From Octopus sinensis (taxonomy: Eukaryota): a DNA stretch of 64,000 nt. The DNA lies in NCBI RefSeq assembly GCF_006345805.1, contig NW_021832220.1:124001-188000 (forward strand), written 5' to 3'. The position numbers and the translations under genes were made by a program. Shown in pieces: positions 1-11,731 of this stretch (its first letter is position 1; every line of letters starts with the position of its first letter). The notes below the pieces were generated by a model, which did no database searches, had not been told where the DNA came from, and was given only the letters and a program-made list of their open reading frames with translations.

Positions 1-3000
1 GTAATTGACTTGATTTATCTGAGTAATTGACTTCATTTATCTGAGTAATTGACTTGATTTATCTGAGTAATTGACTTCATTTATCTGAGTAATTGACTTG
101 ATTTATCTGAGTAATTGACTTGATTTATCTGAGTAATTGACTTGATTTATCTGAGTAATTGACTTCATTTATCTGAGTAATTGACTTGATTTATCTGAGT
201 AATTGACTTGATTTATCTGAGTAATTGACTTGATTTATCTGAGTAATTGACTTGATTTATCTGAGTAATTGACTTGATTTATCTGAGTAATTGACTTGAT
301 TTATCTGAGTAATTGACTTGATTTATCTGAGTAATTGACTTCATTTATCTGAGTAATTGACTTGATTTATCTGAGTAATTGACTTCATTTATCTGAGTAA
401 TTGACTTCATTTATCTGAGTAATTGACTTCATTTATCTGAGTAATTGACTTGATTTATCTGAGTAATTGACTTGATTTATCTGAGTAATTGACTTGATTT
501 ATCTGAGTAATTGACTTGATTTATCTGAGTAATTGACTTCATTTATCTGAGTAATTGACTTGATTTATCTGAGTAATTGACTTGATTTATCTGAGTAATT
601 GACTTCATTTATCTGAGTAATTGACTTGATTTATCTGAGTAATTGACTTGATTTATCTGAGTAATTGACTTCATTTATCTGAGTAATTGACTTGATTTAT
701 CTGAGTAATTGACTTGATTTATCTGAGTAATTGACTTGATTTATCTGAGTAATTGACTTGATTTATCTGAGTAATTGACTTGATTTATCTGAGTAATTGA
801 CTTCATTTATCTGAGTAATTGACTTGATTTATCTGAGTAATTGACTTGATTTATCTGAGTAATTGACTTCATTTATCTGAGTAATTGACTTGATTTATCT
901 GAGTAATTGACTTGATTTATCTGAGTAATTGACTTCATTTATCTGAGTAATTGACTTCATTTATCTGAGTAATTGACTTGATTTATCTGAGTAATTGACT
1001 TCATTTATCTGAGTAATTGACTTGATTTATCTGAGTAATTGACTTGATTTATCTGAGTAATTGACTTCATTTATCTGAGTAATTGACTTGATTTATCTGA
1101 GTAATTGACTTCATTTATCTGAGTAATTGACTTGATTTATCTGAGTAATTGACTTCATTTATCTGAGTAATTGACTTGATTTATCTGAGTAATTGACTTG
1201 ATTTATCTGAGTAATTGACTTCATTTATCTGAGTAATTGACTTGATTTATCTGAGTAATTGACTTGATTTATCTGAGTAATTGACTTCATTTATCTGAGT
1301 AATTGACTTCATTTATCTGAGTAATTGACTTGATTTATCTGAGTAATTGACTTCATTTATCTGAGTAATTGACTTCATTTATCTGAGTAATTGACTTCAT
1401 TTATCTGAGTAATTGACTTGATTTATCTGAGTAATTGACTTGATTTATCTGAGTAATTGACTTCATTTATCTGAGTAATTGACTTGATTTATCTGAGTAA
1501 TTGACTTGATTTATCTGAGTAATTGACTTCATTTATCTGAGTAATTGACTTGATTTATCTGAGTAATTGACTTGATTTATCTGAGTAATTGACTTGATTT
1601 ATCTGAGTAATTGACTTGATTTATCTGAGTAATTGACTTGATTTATCTGAGTAATTGACTTGATTTATCTGAGTAATTGACTTCATTTATCTGAGTAATT
1701 GACTTGATTTATCTGAGTAATTGACTTCATTTATCTGAGTAATTGACTTGATTTATCTGAGTAATTGACTTGATTTATCTGAGTAATTGACTTGATTTAT
1801 CTGAGTAATTGACTTCATTTATCTGAGTAATTGACTTCATTTATCTGAGTAATTGACTTCATTTATCTGAGTAATTGACTTGATTTATCTGAGTAATTGA
1901 CTTGATTTATCTGAGTAATTGACTTGATTTATCTGAGTAATTGACTTGATTTATCTGAGTAATTGACTTGATTTATCTGAGTAATTGACTTCATTTATCT
2001 GAGTAATTGACTTCATTTATCTGAGTAATTGACTTGATTTATCTGAGTAATTGACTTGATTTATCTGAGTAATTGACTTCATTTATCTGAGTAATTGACT
2101 TGATTTATCTGAGTAATTGACTTGATTTATCTGAGTAATTGACTTCATTTATCTGAGTAATTGACTTGATTTATCTGAGTAATTGACTTGATTTATCTGA
2201 GTAATTGACTTGATTTATCTGAGTAATTGACTTCATTTATCTGAGTAATTGACTTCATTTATCTGAGTAATTGACTTGATTTATCTGAGTAATTGACTTC
2301 ATTTATCTGAGTAATTGACTTCATTTATCTGAGTAATTGACTTGATTTATCTGAGTAATTGACTTCATTTATCTGAGTAATTGACTTGATTTATCTGAGT
2401 AATTGACTTCATTTATCTGAGTAATTGACTTGATTTATCTGAGTAATTGACTTCATTTATCTGAGTAATTGACTTGATTTATCTGAGTAATTGACTTGAT
2501 TTATCTGAGTAATTGACTTCATTTATCTGAGTAATTGACTTGATTTATCTGAGTAATTGACTTGATTTATCTGAGTAATTGACTTCATTTATCTGAGTAA
2601 TTGACTTGATTTATCTGAGTAATTGACTTGATTTATCTGAGTAATTGACTTCATTTATCTGAGTAATTGACTTGATTTATCTGAGTAATTGACTTCATTT
2701 ATCTGAGTAATTGACTTGATTTATCTGAGTAATTGACTTGATTTATCTGAGTAATTGACTTGATTTATCTGAGTAATTGACTTGATTTATCTGAGTAATT
2801 GACTTGATTTATCTGAGTAATTGACTTGATTTATCTGAGTAATTGACTTCATTTATCTGAGTAATTGACTTGATTTATCTGAGTAATTGACTTCATTTAT
2901 CTGAGTAATTGACTTCATTTATCTGAGTAATTGACTTGATTTATCTGAGTAATTGACTTCATTTATCTGAGTAATTGACTTCATTTATCTGAGTAATTGA

Positions 3001-5084
3001 CTTGATTTATCTGAGTAATTGACTTCATTTATCTGAGTAATTGACTTCATTTATCTGAGTAATTGACTTGATTTATCTGAGTAATTGACTTCATTTATCT
3101 GAGTAATTGACTTGATTTATCTGAGTAATTGACTTGATTTATCTGAGTAATTGACTTCATTTATCTGAGTAATTGACTTCATTTATCTGAGTAATTGACT
3201 TCATTTATCTGAGTAATTGACTTGATTTATCTGAGTAATTGACTTGATTTATCTGAGTAATTGACTTCATTTATCTGAGTAATTGACTTGATTTATCTGA
3301 GTAATTGACTTGATTTATCTGAGTAATTGACTTCATTTATCTGAGTAATTGACTTGATTTATCTGAGTAATTGACTTGATTTATCTGAGTAATTGACTTG
3401 ATTTATCTGAGTAATTGACTTGATTTATCTGAGTAATTGACTTCATTTATCTGAGTAATTGACTTCATTTATCTGAGTAATTGACTTCATTTATCTGAGT
3501 AATTGACTTGATTTATCTGAGTAATTGACTTCATTTATCTGAGTAATTGACTTCATTTATCTGAGTAATTGACTTCATTTATCTGAGTAATTGACTTCAT
3601 TTATCTGAGTAATTGACTTGATTTATCTGAGTAATTGACTTCATTTATCTGAGTAATTGACTTGATTTATCTGAGTAATTGACTTGATTTATCTGAGTAA
3701 TTGACTTCATTTATCTGAGTAATTGACTTCATTTATCTGAGTAATTGACTTGATTTATCTGAGTAATTGACTTCATTTATCTGAGTAATTGACTTCATTT
3801 ATCTGAGTAATTGACTTGATTTATCTGAGTAATTGACTTGATTTATCTGAGTAATTGACTTGATTTATCTGAGTAATTGACTTCATTTATCTGAGTAATT
3901 GACTTCATTTATCTGAGTAATTGACTTCATTTATCTGAGTAATTGACTTGATTTATCTGAGTAATTGACTTCATTTATCTGAGTAATTGACTTCATTTAT
4001 CTGAGTAATTGACTTGATTTATCTGAGTAATTGACTTCATTTATCTGAGTAATTGACTTGATTTATCTGAGTAATTGACTTGATTTATCTGAGTAATTGA
4101 CTTGATTTATCTGAGTAATTGACTTGATTTATCTGAGTAATTGACTTCATTTATCTGAGTAATTGACTTGATTTATCTGAGTAATTGACTTCATTTATCT
4201 GAGTAATTGACTTCATTTATCTGAGTAATTGACTTGATTTATCTGAGTAATTGACTTCATTTATCTGAGTAATTGACTTGATTTATCTGAGTAATTGACT
4301 TCATTTATCTGAGTAATTGACTTGATTTATCTGAGTAATTGACTTGATTTATCTGAGTAATTGACTTGATTTATCTGAGTAATTGACTTCATTTATCTGA
4401 GTAATTGACTTGATTTATCTGAGTAATTGACTTGATTTATCTGAGTAATTGACTTGATTTATCTGAGTAATTGACTTGATTTATCTGAGTAATTGACTTG
4501 ATTTATCTGAGTAATTGACTTGATTTATCTGAGTAATTGACTTCATTTATCTGAGTAATTGACTTCATTTATCTGAGTAATTGACTTCATTTATCTGAGT
4601 AATTGACTTCATTTATCTGAGTAATTGACTTGATTTATCTGAGTAATTGACTTCATTTATCTGAGTAATTGACTTGATTTATCTGAGTAATTGACTTGAT
4701 TTATCTGAGTAATTGACTTGATTTATCTGAGTAATTGACTTCATTTATCTGAGTAATTGACTTGATTTATCTGAGTAATTGACTTCATTTATCTGAGTAA
4801 TTGACTTCATTTATCTGAGTAATTGACTTGATTTATCTGAGTAATTGACTTGATTTATCTGAGTAATTGACTTCATTTATCTGAGTAATTGACTTCATTT
4901 ATCTGAGTAATTGACTTCATTTATCTGAGTAATTGACTTGATTTATCTGAGTAATTGACTTCATTTATCTGAGTAATTGACTTGATTTATCTGAGTAATT
5001 GACTTGATTTATCTGAGTAATTGACTTGATTTATCTGAGTAATTGACTTCATTTATCTGAGTAATTGACTTGATTTATCTGAGT
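1..5084. repeat. 22-bp tandem minisatellite GTAATTGACTT(G/C)ATTTATCTGA, 231 full units in window, continues beyond window start
   Basis: Phase returns every 660 bp (lines 1, 661, 1321 ... 4621 all start gtaattgact). The last full unit is 5061-5082 = 231 x 22, so there are no net indels. The only variation I saw is G/C at unit position 12. Confidence 0.99.
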
Positions 5085-5175
5085 TTACTCTCCCTCAAAA
5101 TATGTGAATTTATCATTATGATAGAAATATTACGAAATATTAATCGCTGAGGACAATATTCCATTGAGCACTTAC

Positions 5176-5313
5176 CTATGTATGTACCAACTATATCCCA
5201 TCTATTTCTGTACCACATACACATTTTAATTGTACAAGAATTGAATATTTTGGAAATCCAAAGTGCCTTTTGGCAGATGCATTCACCATAAATCTTGCAG
5301 CCTCTGCAAGAAC
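5176..5313 (-). CDS. Gene A exon 2, Cys-rich domain (G)SCRGCKIYGECICQKALWISKIFNSCTIKMCMWYRNRWDIVGTYI(G)
   Basis: 138-nt open phase1-phase1 exon with acceptor ttttttaatgaAG and donor GTAAGT. It aligns without gaps from the first Cys onward to exon 50475-50621 (all 6 Cys, GECIC, 3 Trp and the Gly-x-aromatic-Ile-Gly end conserved). Confidence 0.8.
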
Positions 5314-6539
5314 CTTCATTAAAAAAACAATTAATGAAATAATAAAAGAATAAGCATCTAATATGAATTGATAAATTGATATAATATTTTGGGTGAAACC
5401 ATGCTATTAATAAGTTATCTGGAATGGATTTTGCCCTTTTTGAAATTCATTCATTCTCAAATGTTATATTTCTGCCTATGTAAATAGGATCTCAGTTCAA
5501 GTTTGGAATCAGGAATTAGGAAATAGCGTCTTTAACATTATAAAAGGTGTAATGCTATAAATAAATTATTTAAGAGCGCCCAAGTGAATAATTTATATAA
5601 TTTTAATGAATCAGAAGTTATTTTTGAGGACATGCAGTACAGTATCTCTCAAACTACACATCTGATGTGTTAGCCACATTGTTGACTCATCCAATACTAC
5701 AAACTTAACAAAATAATTCTTTTCTTCACCTGCTTCCTTAACATAATATGTAAAACCCTGATTATAAACACAATAATATTCATTTTACTTTTGGAATTTA
5801 ATATTTTTCAGTTCCTCACATTTTACAAATAGTTTTTTGCGTTCTTTCAAAATTTTTATAAAGGAAAAGTAATTTCTATTGCATCCATCTTGCTACCTTA
5901 ATTTCCATCTCATCTTCATTCATACACATTCATCAAATATTCTCTGCAAAACTAAATTCTTTCTGTGCCTATTTGTAAATGTCCATTCTTTTACATTTCC
6001 TGAAAATTTATCTACACGCTACACACATCTCTCTCATTCAATATAACATGAAACTTTCTATATTTTTCTAGAAAGAAAGTCATATTTCAAATAATCTCTC
6101 ACATTTTTAGTTGTAACTGTAATTATGAAATTGTTTGATGTGCTCCGAAAGAGCAGAATATATACGGCCATTTGTAAGGATTCATTTTTATTTAATGTAT
6201 CTAATGTAAAATATATAGACACAAATTTCTTTATAAATGTGTTTGAGTGTGTATGTGTGCATGTGAGTGTAAGTGTGTATATGTGTGTGCACATGTATCT
6301 GCATATTAGCTTAGCATTATATAATTGTAATAGAGCTGATTCACATTCCGATTCTTATGTCATATATACATCCATTCATACGTACATATATACATATGCA
6401 CACACACCTATATATACATAGAAAAAAATTAGGAAATGGAGTAGATAAAATCCAGGCTACCTGCTTCGAAAGTTGTTTTTTTATATCTTCTTAGGATCCC
6501 TTTAAGCTCACTAACTCCCTATACCTTGATCCTTGGATC

Positions 6540-6571
<32 letters not shown>

Positions 6572-7294
6572 ATCGCTCTCTCTTTCACTCTACATATATA
6601 TATATTTATACGTAAATGTTGAACAATGAAAATGAGTGGATATAATTTATTTATTTGTGAATTATGGCTACCATTAGTTTCATGAAACATGAAACTAATG
6701 GTAGCCTTAATTTACAAATGAAGAAATATATATATACCATACGTATATACATATATGTGTGTGTGTGTTTATATATATGTATATATATATATATATTTAG
6801 AAACTGCTACTTATTTAGAAACAATATCAGGGATTATACTCCCCTTGTTGACAAGTAATCTGTCTATAAACTGGTCACAGACGAACACACAGACACAGGT
6901 TTTTATCAGCTGCTTGACCAACAATAGCTGCAATATATTTTCTCCCTAGCTGCTTCCTAAACATACTGCCACACATACATAGGCTCACACACACATACAT
7001 GTAGGTAGTTTCTCACACCCAAATAAGATAGCTTTCATTCTTAAAACAATTCGAACATTAACACTAGTTATACAGAATATATTCACACTCTTTGGTTTTC
7101 TGTAATTCTTCCCCTACCCTATGTTAACCGAAATTTGACCTCGAATTATCTCAACGGACTTTTTCGTCGGCCTTCACCCACCCTGACGTCAACGCATATT
7201 GAGAGACAGTTTTGTGCCATTCATACCATGGGCTCCTAGGGAGCGTTTGTTCGAAAAGCTTGCTGCGCATTTGTTTGGAGATTTAAGTTCCTGG

Positions 7295-7380
7295 ATTTTC
7301 CTGAAGAGAATGCTGCAAAATGGTCTCCTTATTCAGTCCGAATTAGGGAATTTGCAGCCTTTGAAACATGTGTAGAAAAT
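7295..7380 (+). ncRNA. Type I minimal hammerhead ribozyme (solo)
   Basis: attttc-CTGAAGA-gaa.gctgcaaa...tttgcagc.ttt-GAAA-C-atgt-G-TA/gaaaat. Stem I is a perfect 6 bp, stem II is long with G10.1-U11.1, and GUA cleavage is predicted after 7374. Confidence 0.75.
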
Positions 7381-8002
7381 AATAAAAAGGAATTTTGTAA
7401 AATCTTCGTTCAGCTCTATTTCTTCCCTTCACTAAATATATAAAACTTCAATTATCCGCACTAAGGCACATGTATAAACATTTGTTGTTTTAATCAGTGT
7501 AGAAGGCAGTAGAAATGCTCGGTTGCAGAGGATTATTTTCAAACCAAAATCCTGTGCCTAATACTTAGAACAGAGTGGGTTCTGCTAAAGATACCTAAAG
7601 TGGTAGGTAATGGTATTAAGCCAGTTGATAGGTTAAATCTGCCACCTAAGAATGTCGTATCAGGATTTGGATTCAGAACGCAAATAATCAGAGCAAATAC
7701 CACGAAGCATCCAATTTGACATTCTTATTTTCGACCCTGAAAAGATGGAAGGTAAAATAGACCAAAGTGAACACAGAGTGCAGAGAGTCAGTATAAATAC
7801 CACGAAGTATTCTGTTTGGCCTTCCAATGTCTCGGCCAGTGTGTCATCATACTGTACAGGGAGTAAACAAAATATAATATAGAACTTAAGAGATAAGCTT
7901 ATATGAAGGAGTGACGGTTTACCCTAAGTTTCTCCCACCTGCTAAATGCAACTATGAGAAGTGTCCATGATCTAATGTTATACCAGTTATACTCATCACT
8001 TT

Positions 8003-8345
8003 GTGAAGGCGCATGGCTCAGTGGTTAGAGCATCGAGCTTATGATCGTGAGATTGTGAGTTCGATTCCCAGACCGGGCTGCGTGTTGTGTTCTTGAGCAA
8101 GACACTTTATTTCACGCTGCTCCAGTTCACTCAGCTGTAGAAATGAGATGCGACATCACTGATGCCAAGCTGCATCGGCCCCTTTGCCTTTCCCTTGGAT
8201 AACATCGGAGGCATGGAGAGGGGAAGCTGGTATGCATGGGCGACTGCTGGCCTTACATAAACAACCTTGCCCGAATTTGTGCCTCGGAGGGTAACTTTCT
8301 AGGTGCAATCCCGTGGTCAGTCATAACCGAAGGGGGTCTCCACCT
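8003..8345 (+). mobile_element. tRNA-derived SINE
   Basis: A-box TGGCTCAGTGG 8014-8024 and B-box GAGTTCGATTCC 8057-8068, followed by a SINE core gtgttcttgagcaagacact. No complete cloverleaf. Confidence 0.85.
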
Positions 8346-9469
8346 CCTACTCATCGCTTTGCTGACTGAGAAAGGGCAAAGCTTTAAACTTAAGTTTTGT
8401 TCATTTGAAAGAATGCCTTTAATGTGAAATACTTTCAGTTTAAATACAAAAATTCTTTGAAAGAATTAGAATGTTATTAACATTTCCTCTATTTTCCATT
8501 TTCAGAAAAACAGACGTTATATTAAATGTCTTTTAATGGGGCATATTGCGGAAATTGAAGCTGGCTTTTTGGCACTGTCATGCTTTAGTGGTGGTCCGTG
8601 GCAGAAACGGCGTAAATTACGAAGGTAATAAACCTGACGACGTAGATACACGAAGTTGACCTCTGACCTCAGATTTTTCTATTTTCACTTCTGACAACTA
8701 AAAGCCAGCTTTTTGAGTGACAGAGTCATAAATTATCTTTTAACATTGTTGAAATTAAAACGGTTTATTTTTTAAAAATTTCATTCCATATTCTGTAAAC
8801 TCAGTATATATACATTGTATAATTTTCACATTTACTTACATGATTTCTCCATAAACAACCTTCCTCGCCACTATCTTGTATTCATATTTATGATGTGTCT
8901 TTCTTGTCGTGTGGTGGAATTTCTCAGGTGCGACCGAACCTAGTATCACAAGATAGCGAATGTCTTAACCAAACATCCATATCTGCTCTGCTATTGTTTG
9001 AAACCAAAGAAAGAGATTACTGTTGTTGTTTAACCACAGGTCAATCATTACCAAGCAGATATATGACCAAAGGCTGATAATTTTTTTGAAGAGTGTAGAA
9101 AGGAATTTGAGAAGGTTTTAGCTTCTACACTACGTTTATGTGGAACCACTGCGATGAGGTTTTCCTGTTGGCTTTCTTGTAGGGTAATATTCCCAAATAT
9201 GTAAGAGCACCGATGCTGTGGCGGTAACAAGAACAATATCGGTGGTAGTTGGTGCAGCTGTTGGCTTGCAGCCAAGTCGTGCAAGAACAGAGGATATTTA
9301 TATGCAATAAATATGAAATAAAAGACACACACGATGGAGAGAGTTTAGGCGCCTACCTGTCCCGACACTCAACAAGTAAATCATATAAAGACAAAAAGCC
9401 TTCTTTCACAATCTCGCCTTAAATGTTCCACAATTATATTGATAAGATAGAAAAGAAATAATAACAAAC

Positions 9470-9524
9470 CTGCATCAGTTGGTACAATAAGCAATAGAAA
9501 CATAATCATTTGAACAGCCCTCAT
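9470..9524 (-). CDS. Gene A exon 1, signal peptide MRAVQMIMFLLLIVPTDA(G)
   Basis: 55 nt from ATG (preceded by gcag) to phase-1 donor G|GTTTGT. Same length and boundaries as 58398-58452. Joins in frame to 5176-5313. Confidence 0.7.
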
Positions 9525-10126
9525 CTGCTTTATAAAAGATAGTTTAAAGCTCTCTTCAGCCGCATGCATTGTTATTCCAAAGAGTTACATCACACTATCA
9601 AATATATATACTTTCTCACACTACAATTAAGATATATTTATTTTAAATCGTTCATCTTTTCCCGCCACAACAAAAATTGGGCGCGAAAATTTTTCTAAAT
9701 ATCAGCGGAATGAACAACTGAGATAAAGAGGGGGCAAAGAGAGATCAGAAAAAACAATTAGAACCTCACACCACCACCACCACCACCGCCGCCGCGTAAT
9801 TCAAAGTTGTTCGTTTTGATATGGCTCAAGAGACATGATGGACTTTTAAATGGAGATTGAGAAAAATGGTTTCAATTAGAAAAGCAACATTTCTAGAAAA
9901 TAGTAAATTGAAGTGTGAACACAGCACCTTACAGAGTATAAGTATATGACATTTATTTTTAAAATTTAACTTCATTTGTTTTATATTCTAAATAATTTGC
10001 AATTTCAAAAAATATATTAATTTTGCGTTTTTTAATTTGATAAATTCTACGGAATAATTTTGCGCGTTTTTTGATAAATTCTACGGAAAGAATTTAGTGC
10101 GAAAAATTTATACATTTATACACAAA

Positions 10127-10543
10127 GACCTGTTGAGGCAAGCGAAGTTGATATCGAACCTCATCCCACGACAGGCACCCATGCCAACCCCCTTTGCTTG
10201 CGAAGACATGTTGGGGCAAGTGTGACACCCGGCAAATGCCAGGACCCCTGGACTGGTGGTACGTAAAAAGCACTATCCGAATCGTGGCCGATGCCAGAGC
10301 CGCCTCGACTGGCACCAATCCGACCGTGGCCGTTGCCAGCCTCGCCTGGCACCTGTGCGGGTGGCATGTAAAAAGCACCCACTACACTCTCGGAGTGGTT
10401 GGCGTTAGGAAGGGCATCCAGCTGTAGAAACATTGCCAGATAAGACTGGAGTCTGGTGCAGCCTTCTGGCTTCCCAGATCCCCGGTCGAACCGTCCAACC
10501 CATGCTGGCATGGAGAACGGACGTTAAACGATGATGATGATGA
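10127..10543 (+). mobile_element. 3' end of RTE LINE family with (GAT)n tail
   Basis: Matches the 3' UTR of the RTE copy at 29278-31464 (ggcgttaggaagggcatccag...ggacgttaaacgatgatgatg). Confidence 0.85.
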
Positions 10544-10827
10544 GAAGAAATTAATTCATTAAGTTTACCAAATTATATACGTCTGAAAAAAAAAAAAGTT
10601 TCACAAATTATATACGTTCGCGTTTGTGTAAAAAAAATTATTAACCAAGTTTTATAAATTATTTACTTTGTTCAAAAAATATTATTAATATTAATTAATT
10701 TTCAAGAATTATTTAATTTATATAATTAATTCATTAATTTTATTCTGTAAAATAGTAATTAATTCATTTATCTGTAAATCCGCGAGGAAAGCGACTATGT
10801 AATTTTTTTGTGTAAAATTGAAAATGT

Positions 10828-10859
<32 letters not shown>

Positions 10860-10879
10860 TATATTTTTAGTGAAATCCA

Positions 10880-11035
10880 ACACCTTTTTTTTGGGGGGGG
10901 GGGTAACGCGCATGCGCGAATTCTGCACTGCGCATGCGCAAGTCACCTCGTAGGATCTCGAGTATCGAGTACCTACGTCTGGCGCGCGCGCGCGCGCGAA
11001 TTCGCGTGTGAGAAACCGGGACCACGACAATAGAC
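10880..11035. promoter_or_regulatory. CpG-rich patch with NRF1-type palindromes and (CG)n run
   Basis: CGCGCATGCGCG 10907-10918, TGCGCATGCGCA 10929-10940, (GC)n 10982-10998 and CGCGAATTCGCG 10995-11006. Function is not demonstrated. Confidence 0.35.
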
Positions 11036-11159
11036 AAGTACCACCAAGTTATATACGTCTGTAAAAAAAAAAAAGTTTCACAAATTATATACGTTCGCGT
11101 TTGTGTAAAAAAATTTAGGTTAATATAGGGCGTTACGATTATCAGAAAATCAAAAAAAA

Positions 11160-11645
11160 ATGTGTTTAATAGGTGTAAAACAACTTCCTATGAACGAATA
11201 TGAAAAAAAAAATTCGCGCACGCGAAAGGGGGGTGGGGGAGTGGCCTCGGAAAATTCACATCGGGAAGTTCCGAAAGCGTCTGAGGAGCTGACCCGGGCA
11301 CCAAAGCAAAAAAAAAATAGTGTAATATGTGTAAAACAACTTGCTCTAAACGAATATGACAAAAAAAATGCGCTCTCGCGAAAGAGGGGTGGGGGAGAGG
11401 CCTCGGAAAATTTATATCGGGAATTTCCGAAAGCGTCTGTACCGGGCACAAAAACAAAAACAAAAACAGCGTAATAGGTGTAAAACAACTTGCTCTAAAC
11501 GACTATCATGAAAAAAATGCGCGCTCGCGAAAGGGGGGTGGGGGAGAGGCTTCGGAAATTTCACATCTTCAGTCCACGGCCGTTAAACTAAGAAAAAATA
11601 GTGTAATTGGTGTAAAACTACTTGTTCTAAACGAGTATCAAGAAC
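11160..11645. repeat. Diverged ~160-bp tandem repeat, about 3.3 units
   Basis: Recurring blocks gtgtaaaacaacttgctctaaacga, gcgc..cgcgaa.gggggtgggggag.ggcctcggaaa and ccgaaagcgtctg. Confidence 0.85.
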
Positions 11646-11731
11646 ACACACTCACACATGAATCATAAAATCATATTTCGCAAAAGAAAAAAAATAAAGA
11701 GAAGAAATTCTGGAAAAAGTGAAGAAATGTT

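Noticed and set aside
1-5082. Possible CRISPR array or coding repeat
   Set aside because: There are no spacers, the 22-bp units are contiguous and contain stop codons (TAA/TGA), and the context is eukaryotic.
8003-8075. Possible tRNA gene (also the heads at 43197 and 51314)
   Set aside because: A/B boxes are present, but there is no acceptor-stem closure and the sequence continues into SINE bodies.
8506-8624. Plus-strand candidate exon with a strong acceptor and GTAATA donor
   Set aside because: No homology or partner exons; overlaps a small inverted repeat; insufficient support.
9125-9328. Cys-rich ORF (CSC..C..RYCSCYRH) resembling a defensin or EGF end, and a Cys-rich frame at 58090-58240
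   Set aside because: No clean phase-1 acceptor in frame, and the two do not align convincingly. Better-supported exon 2 sequences exist at 5176-5313 and 50475-50621, making these intronic.
9381-9569. Hydrophobic ORF resembling a nicotinic/chemotactile receptor TM1
   Set aside because: Explained as the signal-peptide exon read through into a T-rich intron. The paralogous frame has a stop, and no ligand-binding domain or other TM segments are present.
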